Source: an uncultured Verrucomicrobiota bacterium
GTDB lineage: Bacteria; Verrucomicrobiota; Kiritimatiellia; RZYC01
Length of the DNA stretch: 64,000 nucleotides
Assembly: GCA_964542025.1 (NCBI GenBank)
Contig: CAZISY010000002.1
Span: forward strand, 28,952-92,951
Reading direction: 5' to 3'
Positions within the stretch are counted from its first letter, which is position 1. Every line of letters starts with the position of its first letter. This document shows, in pieces, positions 9,564-18,748 of this stretch. Under the pieces are notes generated by a model. The model did not search any database. It saw only the letters and a program-made list of their open reading frames with translations, and was not told the origin of the DNA. The position numbers and the translations under genes were made by a program.

Positions 9564-11297
9564 TTACTCGGTGCGATAGAGCAGGCGCACGGTGGACCAG
9601 CAGGTTCTGGCGGGATTGATCCCTTCGATAAACACCGGGGTATATCCATCCCGGGGGAGCGTATCATTTTCCGCCGTGAAAATTTTCTGTCGCAGGCGGC
9701 AATCCATGGCAAACCGGTCGCGGGCCTCGCGCTGGAAGAAGTATTCGAGCGGCTTTTCGTTTTCCAGGAGTACGACCGCGCACGGGCCGGGCTCGGTCAT
9801 GGCGGTGCGGATCAGCGCGTCCGGGTCGCCCTGCCGATTCCAGCGGCGGTGACTGTAAAACACCACGCCGGGTTCGTTGAATCCGGTGAAAAAGAGGCGA
9901 GTATCCGGCGGAAGGTCCTTCACGAGTGCGCCGATCTTCACGGTGATGGAGGCGTCACGCAGGCTTGCGCCGACCCCGTGAAGAGAAAACATTACGAGCA
10001 GAAGTCCCGGAATGAATACGAGCGGCTTTCCGAGCAGGGGCGCCCACCCGAGAATGACCAGTCCGGCGAGTCCGGCGGCAGCGGCGAACAGCAGTTTCTG
10101 AATGGGCGCATAGGTCGGATCAAACGGGTAGAAAAGGGCAAAACCCAGAGACACTGCGGCGGGAATCAACGGGAGCGCGAGTACGACGCGGAACCAAATG
10201 AAGTTCCATCGTTTCCAGGTGCAGGAGGCATCGGCGAGTTGTCCGATCAGCAGGAATACGGCGGCAAAGGAAGGCATGACGTAGTGGGGAAGTTGTGTGA
10301 AATAGAAGGAGAAGAACAGGTAGGTGGAAACGATCCAGGAAACGAGAAAAGCATTGCGGCTGTTCCAGCTGGACCGCAAATGGCGGAAGGCGAATCCGGC
10401 GTAGGCAATCCAGGGGCACAGGCTGATAAACGCCGTGATCAGGTAATAGAAAAAAAAGTGACCGAACCCGGCCATGGTGCTGAAACCGCGTTCCATCACA
10501 TGCTCGCCCATGCCCTTTTGCCAGAAGAGCCCATGCGTTTTGATCAGTGCGGGAATGCCCCAGGCCCCGACAATGGCGAGACAAATCACGATGCCCGGCA
10601 GCAGGTTCAGGGCGCGCCACGGCAGCTTGCGGCGTCCGAACAGGAATCGGTACAGCAGAAGACTGATCAGGGGAATCAGCCAGGCCACCGGTCCTTTGGC
10701 CAGAAACCCGACCCCCAGCGAGAGATAGAGCATGAAAAACCAGCCGTTGAATGAGCGGCGCGGGTTTTCGGGATGGAGCAATTCGTACAGCGCCCACATG
10801 GAGAGCGCCACACAAACCACCATGGGCATATCCGCCACGGCACTTCGTCCGTGCATGATCATCTGCATGCAGGAGACGATCCCGCACCCGGCCAACAGAC
10901 CGGCCTTCGGCGAGAACCAGCGCTTGCCCATCAGGAATACCACCCAGCCCAGCGCGATAGCCGAGAGGATGGAGTGGACACGCGCGCCCAATTCGATGGA
11001 AAAGGCGGGGAAGTGCTGAGCCAGTGCGAGCCCCGGCGCCATCATCCAATACGTCAGGACCGGTTTGTCGAACCGGTAATCGCCGTTAAAATACGGAACA
11101 AACCATTCACCGCTTTCCATCATCTCGCGGGTGGCCTCGGTGAAGCGCGGCTCATCACGGTCAATCAGCGGAAGGGTTCCTGTGCCGGGGAGCAGCAGGA
11201 GGAGCGCGAGCATCGCGATAGTGAGCAGGCCGTACTTGCGGGCAAATCCGTCCAGACCAGACCGATCACCAAAAAGAAATGCGGGGGAGGTATTCAT
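9564..11297 (-). CDS. Glycosyltransferase family 39 (ArnT/PMT-like 4-amino-arabinose or mannosyl transferase), polytopic membrane protein
   Basis: 577 aa with many TM helices and the N-terminal loop motif IDRDEPRFTEATREM, matching the DE-containing periplasmic loop of ArnT/PMT enzymes. Confidence 0.75.
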   Translation of the reverse strand: MNTSPAFLFGDRSGLDGFARKYGLLTIAMLALLLLLPGTGTLPLIDRDEPRFTEATREMMESGEWFVPYFNGDYRFDKPVLTYWMMAPGLALAQHFPAFSIELGARVHSILSAIALGWVVFLMGKRWFSPKAGLLAGCGIVSCMQMIMHGRSAVADMPMVVCVALSMWALYELLHPENPRRSFNGWFFMLYLSLGVGFLAKGPVAWLIPLISLLLYRFLFGRRKLPWRALNLLPGIVICLAIVGAWGIPALIKTHGLFWQKGMGEHVMERGFSTMAGFGHFFFYYLITAFISLCPWIAYAGFAFRHLRSSWNSRNAFLVSWIVSTYLFFSFYFTQLPHYVMPSFAAVFLLIGQLADASCTWKRWNFIWFRVVLALPLIPAAVSLGFALFYPFDPTYAPIQKLLFAAAAGLAGLVILGWAPLLGKPLVFIPGLLLVMFSLHGVGASLRDASITVKIGALVKDLPPDTRLFFTGFNEPGVVFYSHRRWNRQGDPDALIRTAMTEPGPCAVVLLENEKPLEYFFQREARDRFAMDCRLRQKIFTAENDTLPRDGYTPVFIEGINPARTCWSTVRLLYRTE

Positions 11298-11446
11298 AAA
11301 CTGCCTTCATAATCCCGGAGTATTGAATCTGTAAAAAAACCGGCGAAACCATATAAAATGCGAAATAATACGCAAACACTATTGATAGATTTCCTTCCCG
11401 CGAGTATTTTGACGCCACTGATTCAGGGGGAGGCGAAGAACTGGTC

Positions 11447-11872
11447 ATGCAAAAAGAAATCAAACTCAACATTACTAAAGAACTGAAGGAACTGGTTTAC
11501 GTCAAAGCGGAAGTAACCCGTTTTATGGACGTGAATTATGTCTCCACTTCCGTGACGTATAAAGTGAGTCTGGTTCTTGAGGAAGTGCTTTCCAGCATCA
11601 TCAATCATGCGGAAGAGCAGGAGAAGCGGCACTCCATTCAGGTTTATGTGACCTTGCGTGATCGGGAGTTGATTTTGGAAATCACCTGGAGCGGAACTCC
11701 CTTCAATCCCGTGCTTTCGATTAAGTCGGAAGAGGAAGCGCTGGAGGACTTGGAAGTGCAGCAGCTGGGCGCTCATGTGGTTCGCAAGCTGACCAAATCG
11801 GCGCATTATTTTCGCCGTCAGGAATTGAATCAGAATCAGCTGGTCATCACCATGCGGTCCGGCCTTCACTGA
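11447..11872 (+). CDS. Histidine-kinase-like ATPase, RsbW/SpoIIAB-type anti-sigma regulatory factor family (putative)
   Basis: 141 aa. N-box-like helix (LVLEEVLSSIINHAEE) and a G-rich strand (ILEITWSGTPFNP) in the order seen in HATPase_c_2 proteins. The match is weak. Confidence 0.4.
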   Translation: MQKEIKLNITKELKELVYVKAEVTRFMDVNYVSTSVTYKVSLVLEEVLSSIINHAEEQEKRHSIQVYVTLRDRELILEITWSGTPFNPVLSIKSEEEALEDLEVQQLGAHVVRKLTKSAHYFRRQELNQNQLVITMRSGLH

Positions 11873-11877
11873 GCGCC

Positions 11878-13035
11878 ATGAGAATTCTGCTAGCAGCTCC
11901 TCAGCCTTTTTATGAAGAACGGGGGACCCCGATTGCCGTACGCTGGGTGGCGGAAACGCTGTGTCGCGCGGGGCACCGGGTGGACCTGCTCTGCTTTCCG
12001 GGAGGAACCGATATTCATGAGGAGCGGCTGACCATCATTCGCTGTCACGCCCCCCGGTGGATTGGGCGTATACCCATCGGCTTTTCCTGGAAAAAACTGG
12101 TCTGTGATTTCTTCCTCACCCGGCACATGCGCGCTCTGCTGCGCCAACAGCGCTACGACGTGCTGCATGCCGTTGAAGAGGCTGTTTTTCCCGCCATACT
12201 GCTGCGCCCGCGCGGCGTGAAACTGGTGTACGACATGGACTCTTCGATGGCGGACCAGCTTTTGGAAAAGTGGAGGATGCTCCGCTTTCTGAAACCGCTT
12301 TTGGAGGGATTCGAGCGCTGGGCGGTTCGATCTGCCGATCTGATTCTGCCGGTTTGCGATTATCTTCGCGACAAGGCGCTGGCGTGCAATCCGCGCGGTC
12401 GGGTTTGCGTGCTGCATGATCGCGCTGTGGAGGCCGCTGCGCTGTCCGGGCCCGTGGAAAATCTGCGTCAGGAATTTCAGCTTGAAGGACCGATGTTTCT
12501 GTATGTGGGGAATTTAGAACACTACCAGGGCATTGATCTTCTGTTGCAGTCTTTTGCCCGCCTTTCCCGGGAAATGCCGTGGCATCTGGTGGTGATCGGC
12601 GGACGCGAGGGGGATATGCAGCACTACCGGGCGGAAGCCGACCGGCTGGGTTTGAAGGGGCGCGCTATTTTCACTGGGCCGCGCCCGTTGAATGCGTTGC
12701 AGCATTATTTGGCGCAGGCGGATGTGCTGCTTTCGCCGCGCATTAAAGGCGGCAATACGCCGCTGAAAATCTATTCATATATGCTGGCCGGAAAACCGAT
12801 CATCGCCACAGATATTTCATCGCATACGCAGGTGCTGGATTCGGATTGCGCGATACTTGTGCCGCCTGACCCCGCCGCGTGGACGCAGGACATCGGCGAA
12901 TGTCTGCTCCAGCCGGAAAACGGAAAGCGGCTGGCGGAAAACGCGCGCGGGCGCGCCGAGCAGCGGCATACGCGAAGCGCCTATGAAAATACGCTTTTAT
13001 CCGCGTATTCATTTGATATGTTCGCACCCGTTTAA
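11878..13035 (+). CDS. Glycosyltransferase family 4 (GT-B fold)
   Basis: 385 aa starting MRILLAAPQPFYEERGTP, with a C-terminal EGFGL-like core (PRIKGGNTPLKIYSYMLAGKPIIAT). Confidence 0.75.
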   Translation: MRILLAAPQPFYEERGTPIAVRWVAETLCRAGHRVDLLCFPGGTDIHEERLTIIRCHAPRWIGRIPIGFSWKKLVCDFFLTRHMRALLRQQRYDVLHAVEEAVFPAILLRPRGVKLVYDMDSSMADQLLEKWRMLRFLKPLLEGFERWAVRSADLILPVCDYLRDKALACNPRGRVCVLHDRAVEAAALSGPVENLRQEFQLEGPMFLYVGNLEHYQGIDLLLQSFARLSREMPWHLVVIGGREGDMQHYRAEADRLGLKGRAIFTGPRPLNALQHYLAQADVLLSPRIKGGNTPLKIYSYMLAGKPIIATDISSHTQVLDSDCAILVPPDPAAWTQDIGECLLQPENGKRLAENARGRAEQRHTRSAYENTLLSAYSFDMFAPV

Positions 13036-13049
13036 CAGGAAAATAACGC

Positions 13050-14732
13050 ATGAACGCGAATAGACTTCAGGCCTTGGGCGAACAGCCTTTTGACGTATTG
13101 ATTATCGGCGGCGGGATTCACGGCGCGGCGGCCGCCTGGGCGCTTGCCCGGCAGGGGTGCCGCGTCGCCCTGGTGGAAAAGGGAGACTACGGTGAAGCCG
13201 CCTCCGCGAACAGCCAGAAAATTATTCATGGCGGTCTTCGCTATTTGCAGCAGCTGGATTTGCCCCGCATGAGGGCTTCCATCACGGCGCGCCGCATGAG
13301 TTTGAAACATCTGCCGCACCTGACTCATCCCGCGCATTTCATGGTTCCAACGGCCGGCTGTTTTCTGCGGAGCAAGGCAGCGCTGCTGGCGGCCATGATG
13401 GCCAATGACGTGATCAGCTTTGATCGCAATATCGGGGTGCATCCTTCCAGGCGTTTACCCAACGGATCGCTGAAAGGCGCGGAGTTTCTGCGGTATGTGG
13501 CGGAGGGACTCGCCGAGCATGGAACCGGAGCGGGCGTCTGGCATGACGGTTTCTCCGAGAATACGGAACGCTTCACGCTTTCCTTTATTCTTACGGCACA
13601 GAAGCTGGGCGCCGTGACTGGAAATTATGCCAAAGCATGCCGCCTGTTGCTGGAGGGACCCCGAATCACGGGGGCTGACGTGCAGGATATGCTGACCGGC
13701 GAGAAAACGGAAGTGCTCGCACGCTATGTGGTGAATGCCGCCGGCGGCTGGCTGGATACTCTGCTGCCCGGTTGTTTCGGAACCATGAAACGTCCGTGGC
13801 CCTGGACCAAAGGATACAACATCATCGTCCGGAAGCGGTTTTTCGGGGAGTACGGAGTCGGTCTGGAGTCCAACGCGGAATATCTGGATGAGGACGCCGT
13901 GCTGAAACGGGGAAAACGCAACTACTTTTTTGCCCCCTGGCGCGAGGGCACCATCATCGGTACCATGTACAGCCCCTTTAGCGGATCCCCGGATGATTGC
14001 GGGCTCACCCCGTCGGAAATCGAAGCGTATCTTCAGGAGATCAATGCGATTTATCCGCAGGCGAATCTGGCGCTCTCGGATGTGACTTTCGCCAATGCCG
14101 GCATACTGCCCGCGCGGCCTTCCCGCCGGACCGATCATCCGTCCGACCCGGCAAAGGATACGGAACTCATTGATTACCGTCGCGTGGCGGGCGTTGACGG
14201 CATGCTGTTGATCAAGGGTGTGAAATATACCACCGGCATCCAGGTGGCCGAGCAGGTGGCGCGGCGGGTCACCGGGGCTCTCGGCATGAATTACGAGCGG
14301 GGCAAAAATTGTTTTGTGGCGGGCGGTGAAGAAGTGATCACGCCGGACGAGCTGAGCAATATCATGAATAATCCGGCACTGAATGAAAAAGTGCTGGCCG
14401 CACACGCGCAGCAGTACGGTACGCTGGCCCGCGAAACGCTGGCGCTGTGTTCGGGACATCCCGAATGGACGGAGAGTCTGTGCGAATCCGGAGAGGTGAT
14501 CGGCGCCGATGTGGTGTACGCCGTTCGCAGGGAGCAGGCCTGTCGCCTGATGGATGTCGTATTTCGGCGGACCGGCCTGGGGACATTCCGTTATCCGGGA
14601 CGCGAGGCGCTTGAAAAAGCGGCCGCGCTGATGGCCGCCGAGCTCGGTTGGAACAGGGCGCAGACGGATGCGGAAATCGAGGCCGTGGAAAACGTATATC
14701 GCCGTCTGGGCGTCGAGCATGTGCTGTCATGA
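13050..14732 (+). CDS. FAD-dependent oxidoreductase, glycerol-3-phosphate dehydrogenase/oxidase family
   Basis: 560 aa. N-terminal DVLIIGGGIHGAAAAWALARQG dinucleotide fold and a GGLRYL motif typical of GlpA/GlpD-like DAO-domain enzymes. Confidence 0.65.
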   Translation: MNANRLQALGEQPFDVLIIGGGIHGAAAAWALARQGCRVALVEKGDYGEAASANSQKIIHGGLRYLQQLDLPRMRASITARRMSLKHLPHLTHPAHFMVPTAGCFLRSKAALLAAMMANDVISFDRNIGVHPSRRLPNGSLKGAEFLRYVAEGLAEHGTGAGVWHDGFSENTERFTLSFILTAQKLGAVTGNYAKACRLLLEGPRITGADVQDMLTGEKTEVLARYVVNAAGGWLDTLLPGCFGTMKRPWPWTKGYNIIVRKRFFGEYGVGLESNAEYLDEDAVLKRGKRNYFFAPWREGTIIGTMYSPFSGSPDDCGLTPSEIEAYLQEINAIYPQANLALSDVTFANAGILPARPSRRTDHPSDPAKDTELIDYRRVAGVDGMLLIKGVKYTTGIQVAEQVARRVTGALGMNYERGKNCFVAGGEEVITPDELSNIMNNPALNEKVLAAHAQQYGTLARETLALCSGHPEWTESLCESGEVIGADVVYAVRREQACRLMDVVFRRTGLGTFRYPGREALEKAAALMAAELGWNRAQTDAEIEAVENVYRRLGVEHVLS

Positions 14733-15223
14733 AAAAAGCGATTCTGATTTTCATTCTGATACTGGCGGGAACCTGGATGACCTTTGCGGAAGAAACGGTC
14801 GGTCAGGCGCTGGCTGTTCGTCCGGGCGATGAAGCGGATGCGTCCGCTCTGGGGTACGGGTGGAGTCAACCCGAACGGCTGAGCGACGGTTCGACGTTTC
14901 GGTGGATTGAGAAGCGGGAAGGGGACATCAATGTGGTTCTGAGTGAGCCTTCCAGCGCGCTGCTGGCCGTGGAAATCATGCCGATGGTATCCGATCGCCG
15001 CATTCAGAACTTCGGTGTTTACGTGAACCGCCGTTTTGTCGCCGAGTGGGTCCTGGAATCCTCGGGATGTTTCCAGTGGTTTGAAAAGGAAATTCCCGCG
15101 GAGTGTTTTCGTACGGGAACAAACACCATCACGATTCGCGCGGGGTATAAGCAGTCACCGGATGCGGACCCGCGCACCCTGAGTGTGGCGGTGAAACAGA
15201 TTACGCTTATTAGCCATGAATAA
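14729..15223 (+). CDS. Hypothetical exported protein
   Basis: The ATG overlaps the upstream stop (ATGA). N-terminal signal peptide MKKAILIFILILAGTWMTFA. No recognisable domain. Confidence 0.5.
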   Translation: MKKAILIFILILAGTWMTFAEETVGQALAVRPGDEADASALGYGWSQPERLSDGSTFRWIEKREGDINVVLSEPSSALLAVEIMPMVSDRRIQNFGVYVNRRFVAEWVLESSGCFQWFEKEIPAECFRTGTNTITIRAGYKQSPDADPRTLSVAVKQITLISHE

Positions 15224-16061
15224 ACCAATCCTCCAAACAGCGCTCGGGCTGATTGCCGGGCGCGGCATGTATCCAATCATTCTGGCGCAATCCGCGCGCG
15301 AACAGGGCGTCAGGCGGATTGACGTCATTGCGTTCAGGGGCGAAACCAGCCGGGACATCGAACGTTATGCGGACGCGGTTCACTGGATGCGCGTCGGGGA
15401 ATTGGAAAAAATGCTGGGTCAGGTGCAGCATTCGGGCATACGGGATTATGTCATGGCCGGACAAATCGCGCCGCGCAACCTCTTTCACGCGCGGCCGGAT
15501 CGCCGCATGCTGGCGCTGTTGCGCTCTCTACCGGCCTGGAATGCGCATACGATTTTCGGCGCCGTCGGCGATGCGCTGCGGGAGGCGGGCGCAGAATTGC
15601 TGCCCGCCGGACTCTTCATGCAGAGCGCCATGCCCGGGGCCGCAGGGATTCTGACCAAGCGTGCGCCGACCGTGGAGGAAGAAAAAGACATCGCGCTCGG
15701 GCTGAAAGTGGCCCGCTGGTCCAGTGAATATGAAATCGGACAAACCGTGGTGATCAAGAGCGGCGTGGTGCTGGCCGTAGAAGCTTTTGAAGGAACCGAC
15801 AAGGCGATTTTGCGTGCCGGAAAACTGGGCGGGCGCGGAAGCGTGGTGGTTAAAATGGCGAAGCCGGGGCACGACATGCGCTTTGATATTCCGGTGATCG
15901 GAATGCGAACGCTAAAAACCCTGAAGCGGGCGGGGGCGTCGGTGTTGTCCATTGAAGCGGGCCGCTCCATTGTGTTGGAGATGGACCGGGTGATTCATCA
16001 GGCGGATCGGCAGGGATTGGCTATACAGGTATTTACAGCTGAAGGGAATTCGGAAACATGA
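15216..16061 (+). CDS. lpxI: UDP-2,3-diacylglucosamine diphosphatase LpxI (DUF1009 family)
   Basis: 281 aa with the N-terminal LGLIAGRGMYP motif. Two-domain size and its position immediately upstream of lpxB match LpxI. Confidence 0.75.
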   Translation: MNKPILQTALGLIAGRGMYPIILAQSAREQGVRRIDVIAFRGETSRDIERYADAVHWMRVGELEKMLGQVQHSGIRDYVMAGQIAPRNLFHARPDRRMLALLRSLPAWNAHTIFGAVGDALREAGAELLPAGLFMQSAMPGAAGILTKRAPTVEEEKDIALGLKVARWSSEYEIGQTVVIKSGVVLAVEAFEGTDKAILRAGKLGGRGSVVVKMAKPGHDMRFDIPVIGMRTLKTLKRAGASVLSIEAGRSIVLEMDRVIHQADRQGLAIQVFTAEGNSET

Positions 16062-17011
16062 CAACGGAAGGCAAAATCAAAGTGGGTGTGGCCGGTGTGG
16101 GCGCGCTGGGTCAGCATCATGCGCGCATCTACACGGAAATGGCCCAGGCCGAGATGGTCGGCGTGTACGACGTGGACCCGGCCGCCGCACGAATCGTGGC
16201 AGAGCGGCACGGATTAAAAGTTTTCCAATCGTTGGAAGAATTTGCATCGGCCGTGGATGCCGCCAGCGTGGTGGTGCCGACGGATCTGCACCGTCAGGTC
16301 GCCGGGTACCTGCTGGAGCGCGGGGTTCATCTGCTCGTGGAAAAACCGATTGCCGCCACGACGCAGGAGGCCGAAGAGCTGGTCGCCCTGGCGCAGAAAA
16401 AGGGATGTATTCTGCAGGTGGGGCATGTGGAGCGCTTCAATCCGGTGATGCAGTTTATCGAGGAGATGGGCGGAGTTCCGAAATTCATTGAAGCGCACCG
16501 GCTGGCCTCGTATCCGCCGCCCCGCGAGGGACGCGCTCCGCGCGGAACGGAAGTCAGCGTGGTGCTGGATTTGATGATTCATGATTTGGAGGCGATTCTG
16601 CATTTGGTGGGTTCGCCGGTGAAGGAAATTCGCGCGGTGGGTGTTCCGGTGTTGAGCAAGACCGAGGACATTGCCAACGTACGCCTGGCGTTTATGAATG
16701 GCTGCGTGGCCAACGTGACGGCGAGCCGGATCAGTCCGGAGCGTATGCGGAAAATCCGTCTCTTTTATGAAGACGCCTATGTCTCGCTGGATTATCAGAA
16801 TCAGGCCGGAGAGATGTACCGCAAAACAGCCGCGGGTATCCAGCCGTGTGAGGTGCCAATAGAAAAAGGCGAGCCGCTGGCCCGCGAGCTGAGTGCCTTT
16901 GCGGAGGCGGTGAGTCGGCACAATGAACCCGTGGTGAGCGGGGCGCATGCGGCCGAAGCGCTGAAATTGGCCGTGGCCATTCTGGGTGTGATTCAACAGG
17001 GTGGTTCATGA
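16058..17011 (+). CDS. Gfo/Idh/MocA family NAD-dependent oxidoreductase (GnnA-like candidate)
   Basis: 317 aa. N-terminal Rossmann fold (KVGVAGVGALGQHHARIY) and an EKP motif (LLVEKPIA). Start and stop overlap lpxI and lpxB. Confidence 0.75.
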   Translation: MTTEGKIKVGVAGVGALGQHHARIYTEMAQAEMVGVYDVDPAAARIVAERHGLKVFQSLEEFASAVDAASVVVPTDLHRQVAGYLLERGVHLLVEKPIAATTQEAEELVALAQKKGCILQVGHVERFNPVMQFIEEMGGVPKFIEAHRLASYPPPREGRAPRGTEVSVVLDLMIHDLEAILHLVGSPVKEIRAVGVPVLSKTEDIANVRLAFMNGCVANVTASRISPERMRKIRLFYEDAYVSLDYQNQAGEMYRKTAAGIQPCEVPIEKGEPLARELSAFAEAVSRHNEPVVSGAHAAEALKLAVAILGVIQQGGS

Positions 17012-18144
17012 GCCGGTCGCTGATGGTGGTGGCGGGAGAAGTTTCGGGCGATATGCACGCCGCGCGATTGGTTGCAGCGCTGAGAGCCCGGGAACCCGAT
17101 CTGACCTGCTGGGGCATTGGGGGGCCGTTGATGCGGGCCTGCGGCGTCCACACGTATTACGATGTGCGGGATATGGCCGTGATGGGGCTGACCGAGGTGC
17201 TGAAACGCTATTTTTTCTTTCGCCGTGTTTTCTATGAAATGATTCGCCGGGCGGAAGAAAAAAAGCCGGATGCGGTGCTGCTGGTGGATTATCCCGGCTT
17301 CAATGTTCGTTTGGCCGCCGAGCTGCACAAGCGGGGAATTCGAACGCTGTATTATATTTCCCCTCAGGTGTGGGCGTGGCACCGGTCGCGCATTCCGAAG
17401 CTGGCCGCGATTCTGGATCGGCTGATGGTTATTTTCCCGTTTGAAGTCAAGGTGTTCGAAGGGACCGGGCTGACCGTGGATTTTGTGGGGCATCCGTTGG
17501 TGGAAGAGGCTCGGAAGGTTCGGAATGAGCCGCCCGCTGCATTGCCGTGGCCCGGAGATAAACGGGTGGTGCTGCTTCCCGGAAGCCGCAGGCATGAGGT
17601 GACGAGGATCCTTCCGCTGATGCTCGATGCGGCCGCGCAGGTGGAGAAGCAGTGTCCGGAAGCGGGATTCATCATTGCGGCGCCGACGGAAGAAATGAAA
17701 GCCGCGGCCGAAGCGGTTATTGCGTCGCACCCTCAACGGCCGGCCCGCCTGGCCATCACCGTGGATCAGACGCGTCAGGCGCTCCGTCAGGCCGGTGCCG
17801 GAATGGTGGCATCGGGGACGGCCACTATTGAGGCGGCGCTTCAGAAGTGTCCGATGATTGTCATTTATAAAACGGCATGGTTGACGTATCTGATGGCGCG
17901 TCTTATGGTGCGTGGCGTCAAGTGGATCGGCATGGTGAATATCGTGGCCGGGCGCATGATTTGTCCGGAGTACATTCAGCATCAGGCGAAGCCGGATGCG
18001 ATGGCCCGTGACGTGTTGCGCCTGATCACGGATACGCCGGAGCGCGTTGAAATGCTGAAGGGGCTGGACGCGGTGGAAGACGCCCTGCAGCCGCATGGCG
18101 GGCTGCCCGCGGCGGATATTGTATTAAAAGCACTGTCAGCCTGA
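17008..18144 (+). CDS. lpxB: Lipid-A-disaccharide synthase
   Basis: 378 aa. N-terminal VVAGEVSGDMHAARL and colinear LpxB features (LPGSR..., GTATIE). Confidence 0.85.
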   Translation: MSRSLMVVAGEVSGDMHAARLVAALRAREPDLTCWGIGGPLMRACGVHTYYDVRDMAVMGLTEVLKRYFFFRRVFYEMIRRAEEKKPDAVLLVDYPGFNVRLAAELHKRGIRTLYYISPQVWAWHRSRIPKLAAILDRLMVIFPFEVKVFEGTGLTVDFVGHPLVEEARKVRNEPPAALPWPGDKRVVLLPGSRRHEVTRILPLMLDAAAQVEKQCPEAGFIIAAPTEEMKAAAEAVIASHPQRPARLAITVDQTRQALRQAGAGMVASGTATIEAALQKCPMIVIYKTAWLTYLMARLMVRGVKWIGMVNIVAGRMICPEYIQHQAKPDAMARDVLRLITDTPERVEMLKGLDAVEDALQPHGGLPAADIVLKALSA

Positions 18145-18175
18145 AACGACAGGAGCGGAAGAAAGGGAGAACGAC

Positions 18176-18730
18176 ATGAGGAAAAGCGTCATTTTGTTAT
18201 TTTTCACAGCGCTGTGGCTGACGGCCCCGATGACGTATGGCGACGACCCCAAAGAGCTACTGATGGTTCGCCGGCAGTATGTCAACGAAATCAAACCGAT
18301 TTCAGACCGCTATTTGAACAACCTGGAGATCATGAGACGGCGGTATGAACAGAAGAGCGACAAGGCATCCGTCGACGCCGTCAGCGCTGAGATGATTATG
18401 GTTCAAAGCTATCTCAACCGTGAAAATTTTGTGGATGATACAGGCGCGGCCAAAAAAGAAGGGTCCGTTGCCGGTAAGTGCATGTTCTTCTATCCGCCGG
18501 ACCGAATCTGGTTCAAGATCATGTATTTCAGACCCGACGGCGCCATTCTGGGCGCCAACAATCCCGCGGAGATGCGCTGGGAACAGACCAATTACAATCT
18601 ACTGATCATGGACGAAAAAGGACAGATTACCGGCACTTATCGGCGCGTAGATCAGAAAGACGGTCGCCTCTATTTTGAAAACGGAGGCGACGGCGTTGTG
18701 TACGTCATTCTGGAAGAACCGAAAGGCTGA
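18176..18730 (+). CDS. Hypothetical secreted protein
   Basis: 184 aa with a signal peptide (MRKSVILLFFTALWLTAPMTYG). No recognisable domain. Confidence 0.45.
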   Translation: MRKSVILLFFTALWLTAPMTYGDDPKELLMVRRQYVNEIKPISDRYLNNLEIMRRRYEQKSDKASVDAVSAEMIMVQSYLNRENFVDDTGAAKKEGSVAGKCMFFYPPDRIWFKIMYFRPDGAILGANNPAEMRWEQTNYNLLIMDEKGQITGTYRRVDQKDGRLYFENGGDGVVYVILEEPKG

Positions 18731-18748
18731 GGCGACCGTCGCAGCGAA

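Noticed and set aside
9849-10754. 301-aa plus-strand ORF rich in Gly/Glu/Gln inside the GT39 gene region
   Set aside because: It is antisense to the 577-aa polytopic glycosyltransferase, whose TM pattern and DE-loop motif are convincing. The composition is an antisense artefact.
18731-18748. Short palindrome GCGACCGTCGC between convergent genes, considered as a bidirectional terminator
   Set aside because: The stem is too short with a 1-nt loop and there is no flanking T/A tract. It is likely just the overlap of two gene ends.
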